Of a stretch of 62,397 nucleotides of DNA, positions 59,892 through 62,397 are shown one piece after another. This DNA comes from Deltaproteobacteria bacterium. Its GTDB lineage: Bacteria > Desulfobacterota > Syntrophia > Syntrophales > UBA2210. A program made the translations under genes and the position numbers. The DNA lies in assembly GCA_016933215.1 (NCBI GenBank), contig JAFGBH010000047.1, positions 1 to 62,397 of the forward strand. Reading direction: 5' to 3'. The number at the start of each line of letters is the position of its first letter. Position 1 is the stretch's first letter. The notes beneath the pieces are model-generated. The model searched no databases. It was not told the DNA's origin and saw only the letters and a program-made list of their open reading frames with translations.

Positions 59892-61100
59892 CTACCCCGT
59901 ATGGCAATTGAGCCACGTCGTTTCGTTTTCCTCTGTTCCCGAATCGATCCTGGTTATGGTTTCCTTCACCGCGTCGGCGAGTTCCCGCGCCTTCACGTCT
60001 CTTCCCCCGAGCCCCGCAATATAATTATGCATGGGTGCCTCAATCCCGGTCCCGTAGAGGGCCGACTTTATGTCCGAGGAGACCCCTCCGTCGCAGCCGT
60101 AGCTCATGCATTTCTCGAATACAACGATGACCTTGGCCTTTTTAAGGGCCGTGGCAATCGCTTTTCTCGGAAAGGGCCTGAAGACCCTGATACCGACGAC
60201 ACCGGCCCTGATTCCTTCTTTCCGAAGCGAATCCGCCGCCACGGTGGCCTCGGCGGCGATGGAGCCCATTCCCACAATGACAATCTCGGCATCGTCCGTC
60301 ATGTGCTCCCAGAGAAGGCCGCCATGGTCGCGGCCGAAGGCCTGTCCGTAGGCCGTGCTGACCTCCTCGATGGTATCGGTCGATTTCAGAAGGGCATCCT
60401 GCAGCTTGTAGCGTTTCTCCATGTATCCGTCGCAGAGGACTCCCTCGGCATTTTCCCTCCTCCAGGGGAAGAAGACGGGGTTCACCGTCACCGGATTTTC
60501 GGGGGAGATATCGACCGATGGTTTGTAGGGAGGGAGAAACTCGCGGACCTTCCCGTAATCGGGTATCTCAACGGGCATCATCGTGTGGGAGAGGACAAAC
60601 CCGTCGTAGCAGACCATGACCGGTATGTAGACTGCCTCGGCGATGCGATAGGCCTGGATGATCGTGTCGATGATTTCCTGGTTGTCCCTGCAGTAGATCT
60701 GGATCCATCCCGTATCCCTCTGTGAAAAGGAGTCCTGCTGGTCATTGAAGATCGACCATGGCGCCCCCACGCCGCGATTGACGCAGCACATGACGATGGG
60801 GAGCCGCGAGCCCGCGGCCCAGTGAATCTGCTCGTGCATGTAGAGAAGGCCGTTGGAACTTGTTGCCGTAAAGACCCTGGCACCCACGGTGGATGCCGAT
60901 ATGCAGACCGTGAGGGCCGAATGCTCTCCCTCAACCCGCACATATTCCGCCCTCAACTCGCCCCCCTCCACAAAGGTGGAGAGTTTCTCGGCGAGGCTCG
61001 TCTGCGGCGTGATGGGGTAGGCGGCGATCACGTTCGGCTCGACGAGTTTCACTGCCAGGGCCGCTGCCTCATTTCCCGTTATGATTCGCGTATCACTCAT
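59892..61100 (-). CDS. 2-oxoacid:ferredoxin oxidoreductase alpha subunit
   Basis: [20 protein letters not shown]. Confidence 0.93.
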   Translation of the reverse strand: MSDTRIITGNEAAALAVKLVEPNVIAAYPITPQTSLAEKLSTFVEGGELRAEYVRVEGEHSALTVCISASTVGARVFTATSSNGLLYMHEQIHWAAGSRLPIVMCCVNRGVGAPWSIFNDQQDSFSQRDTGWIQIYCRDNQEIIDTIIQAYRIAEAVYIPVMVCYDGFVLSHTMMPVEIPDYGKVREFLPPYKPSVDISPENPVTVNPVFFPWRRENAEGVLCDGYMEKRYKLQDALLKSTDTIEEVSTAYGQAFGRDHGGLLWEHMTDDAEIVIVGMGSIAAEATVAADSLRKEGIRAGVVGIRVFRPFPRKAIATALKKAKVIVVFEKCMSYGCDGGVSSDIKSALYGTGIEAPMHNYIAGLGGRDVKARELADAVKETITRIDSGTEENETTWLNCHTG

Positions 61101-61386
61101 CGCACTCCACCTTTCTCACCATCCGTATTGCATTGGGGGGACATTCCTCGGCGCAGATACCGCATCCCTTGCAGTAGTCGAGGTCGATCTCGACGGGTAT
61201 GGACATGGTGACCACACCGTCGGGGCAGTAGAGCCAGCATAAAAAGCATGCCGCCTTCCCCTTGGTCTCGGGGATACACTTTGAATGGTCTATCACGGGT
61301 TTCAGGTCACTCCAGTCACCCGTCTTACCAGCCTCCCCGATCGCCGGGGTGCATATTCCGGATATGTACTTGTCTCTTTGTTCCAT
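61093..61386 (-). CDS. 2-oxoacid:ferredoxin oxidoreductase delta subunit (2x 4Fe-4S)
   Basis: [26 protein letters not shown]. Confidence 0.92.
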   Translation of the reverse strand: MEQRDKYISGICTPAIGEAGKTGDWSDLKPVIDHSKCIPETKGKAACFLCWLYCPDGVVTMSIPVEIDLDYCKGCGICAEECPPNAIRMVRKVECDE

Positions 61387-61394
61387 AGTCGAAC

Positions 61395-61973
61395 CTACTC
61401 CGTTGTGGCTTCTCGTATCACCGTTTTATCGTAGGCCATCGTGATGGCCTGCAGATTCGTATAGGCCTGATGGTCGGGCATCTTCTTTTTCAGTCCCCTC
61501 TCTATGTTATCCAGGGATACGAGATCCGAGGCACGTGAGAGGGCGCCCAGGAGGGGTGTGTTGACCGTGGGGAGTCCGCCCATGAAGAGGTGCTGTTCCC
61601 GGGCTATCTGCGAGGCGTCGACGAGAGCCAGATCGAAGGAGCCGTCAATGGCAATCTCCTCCATTCCGAGGGCGGTGTTGATGATGAGGACACCCTTTTC
61701 CTTCAATCGCCCGACAACGTCCATGACCTCGATGAGAGATTCGTCGAGGACCACGGCGATATCGGCATATTCTATCTGAGAGAAGGTCCTGAGTGGCTCG
61801 GCGGCTATCCGTGTGGATGCCGTGAGCGGTGCCCCCCTCCTCTCGGGACCGAAGGTGGGCGCCGATGTTACCCCCCTGAATCCCTGAATGTATGCCGCCT
61901 CGGCCAGGATCTGCGATGCAAGGACCACACCCTGCCCCCCCCTTCCGTACCAGATGATTTCATGCATAGTCAT
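61395..61973 (-). CDS. 2-oxoacid:ferredoxin oxidoreductase gamma subunit
   Basis: [15 protein letters not shown]. Confidence 0.92.
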   Translation of the reverse strand: MTMHEIIWYGRGGQGVVLASQILAEAAYIQGFRGVTSAPTFGPERRGAPLTASTRIAAEPLRTFSQIEYADIAVVLDESLIEVMDVVGRLKEKGVLIINTALGMEEIAIDGSFDLALVDASQIAREQHLFMGGLPTVNTPLLGALSRASDLVSLDNIERGLKKKMPDHQAYTNLQAITMAYDKTVIREATTE

Positions 61974-62309
61974 CGCCCCATTTTTTCGCAAAAAAAAGGC
62001 CATGGATTGTTACCCCATGGCCCTTGTACCTTGTAATACTATCGCATCATATCTTACAGGTGACAGGCCAGGGGCATTCACCCCTAAGAAGAGCGAGGCA
62101 CAAAAGGTGTAAACGTAATAGAATTGTTGCTCTCCGGCTTGTCATGAATCGTTCCGCCTTCGTAAGATTCCGATTTTCTATATCAAAAAAATGTGAAAGT
62201 CAACATGATTTTTTCATCTGGGATAGGTGAAACGGGACAAGTCTCCGGGGGCTTCGCTCAACACCCCTCGTTGACGGGGCCGGTGGCATCTGGTATGTGA
62301 TTACAATAG

Positions 62310-62397
62310 TTGAACTGAACAGCGAGCGCATTCCCCGTTGCTTGCAGCGGGGTTAGCGAGCGAATAAAAAATAACATTTATCTTAACAGTCGGAGAT
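62310..62397 (+). mobile_element. family A element, copy 4 (truncated by window end)
   Basis: TTGAACTGAACAGCGAGCGCATTCCCCGTTGCTTGCAGCGGGGTTAGCGAGCG...AACAGTCGGAGAT. Confidence 0.7.

Noticed and set aside
1-62397. Genome-wide TAG reassignment
   Set aside because: TAG terminates many conserved genes at their normal C-termini (rpmE, rbfA, rpsO, pnp, pilN, pilO, rpe, oxidoreductase subunits)
23004-62397. Family A/B repeats as a CRISPR array
   Set aside because: Copies are dispersed kilobases apart with no repeat-spacer periodicity and no cas genes

Overview
Chromosomal segment of an anaerobic deltaproteobacterium, most like Desulfobacterota/Syntrophales (inferred from gene order and protein style). 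Most of it is housekeeping: selA-rluD-pgeF, rho, rpmE-prfA-prmC-murA-hisD, tRNA-Gly, rimP-nusA-infB-rbfA-truB-rpsO-pnp-dut, ftsB-like plus pilMNOPQ plus an Ig-repeat lipoprotein, queF/yhhQ, gcvH with a lipoate ligase, hisC, rpsU, holA, rpe, waaA and a 4-subunit 2-oxoacid:ferredoxin oxidoreductase. The first ~1.9 kb is an AT-rich accessory patch, followed by an RND efflux operon, mntP, an acyl-CoA ligase and a triple-PAS diguanylate cyclase. Features the ORF track does not show: (1) two c-di-GMP-I (GEMM-I) riboswitches, one upstream of an orphan membrane protein and one upstream of the pilus operon; (2) a single in-frame TAG splitting an otherwise intact acyl-CoA ligase (nonsense mutation or site-specific readthrough); (3) two related families of short intergenic palindromic elements (4 + 2 copies) whose ends resemble IS200/IS605 elements, with one precise hairpin deletion and one copy whose palindromes have been perfected; (4) several other structured intergenic leaders. 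No CRISPR array or transposase gene is visible. All calls come from reading motifs by eye; no searches were run.
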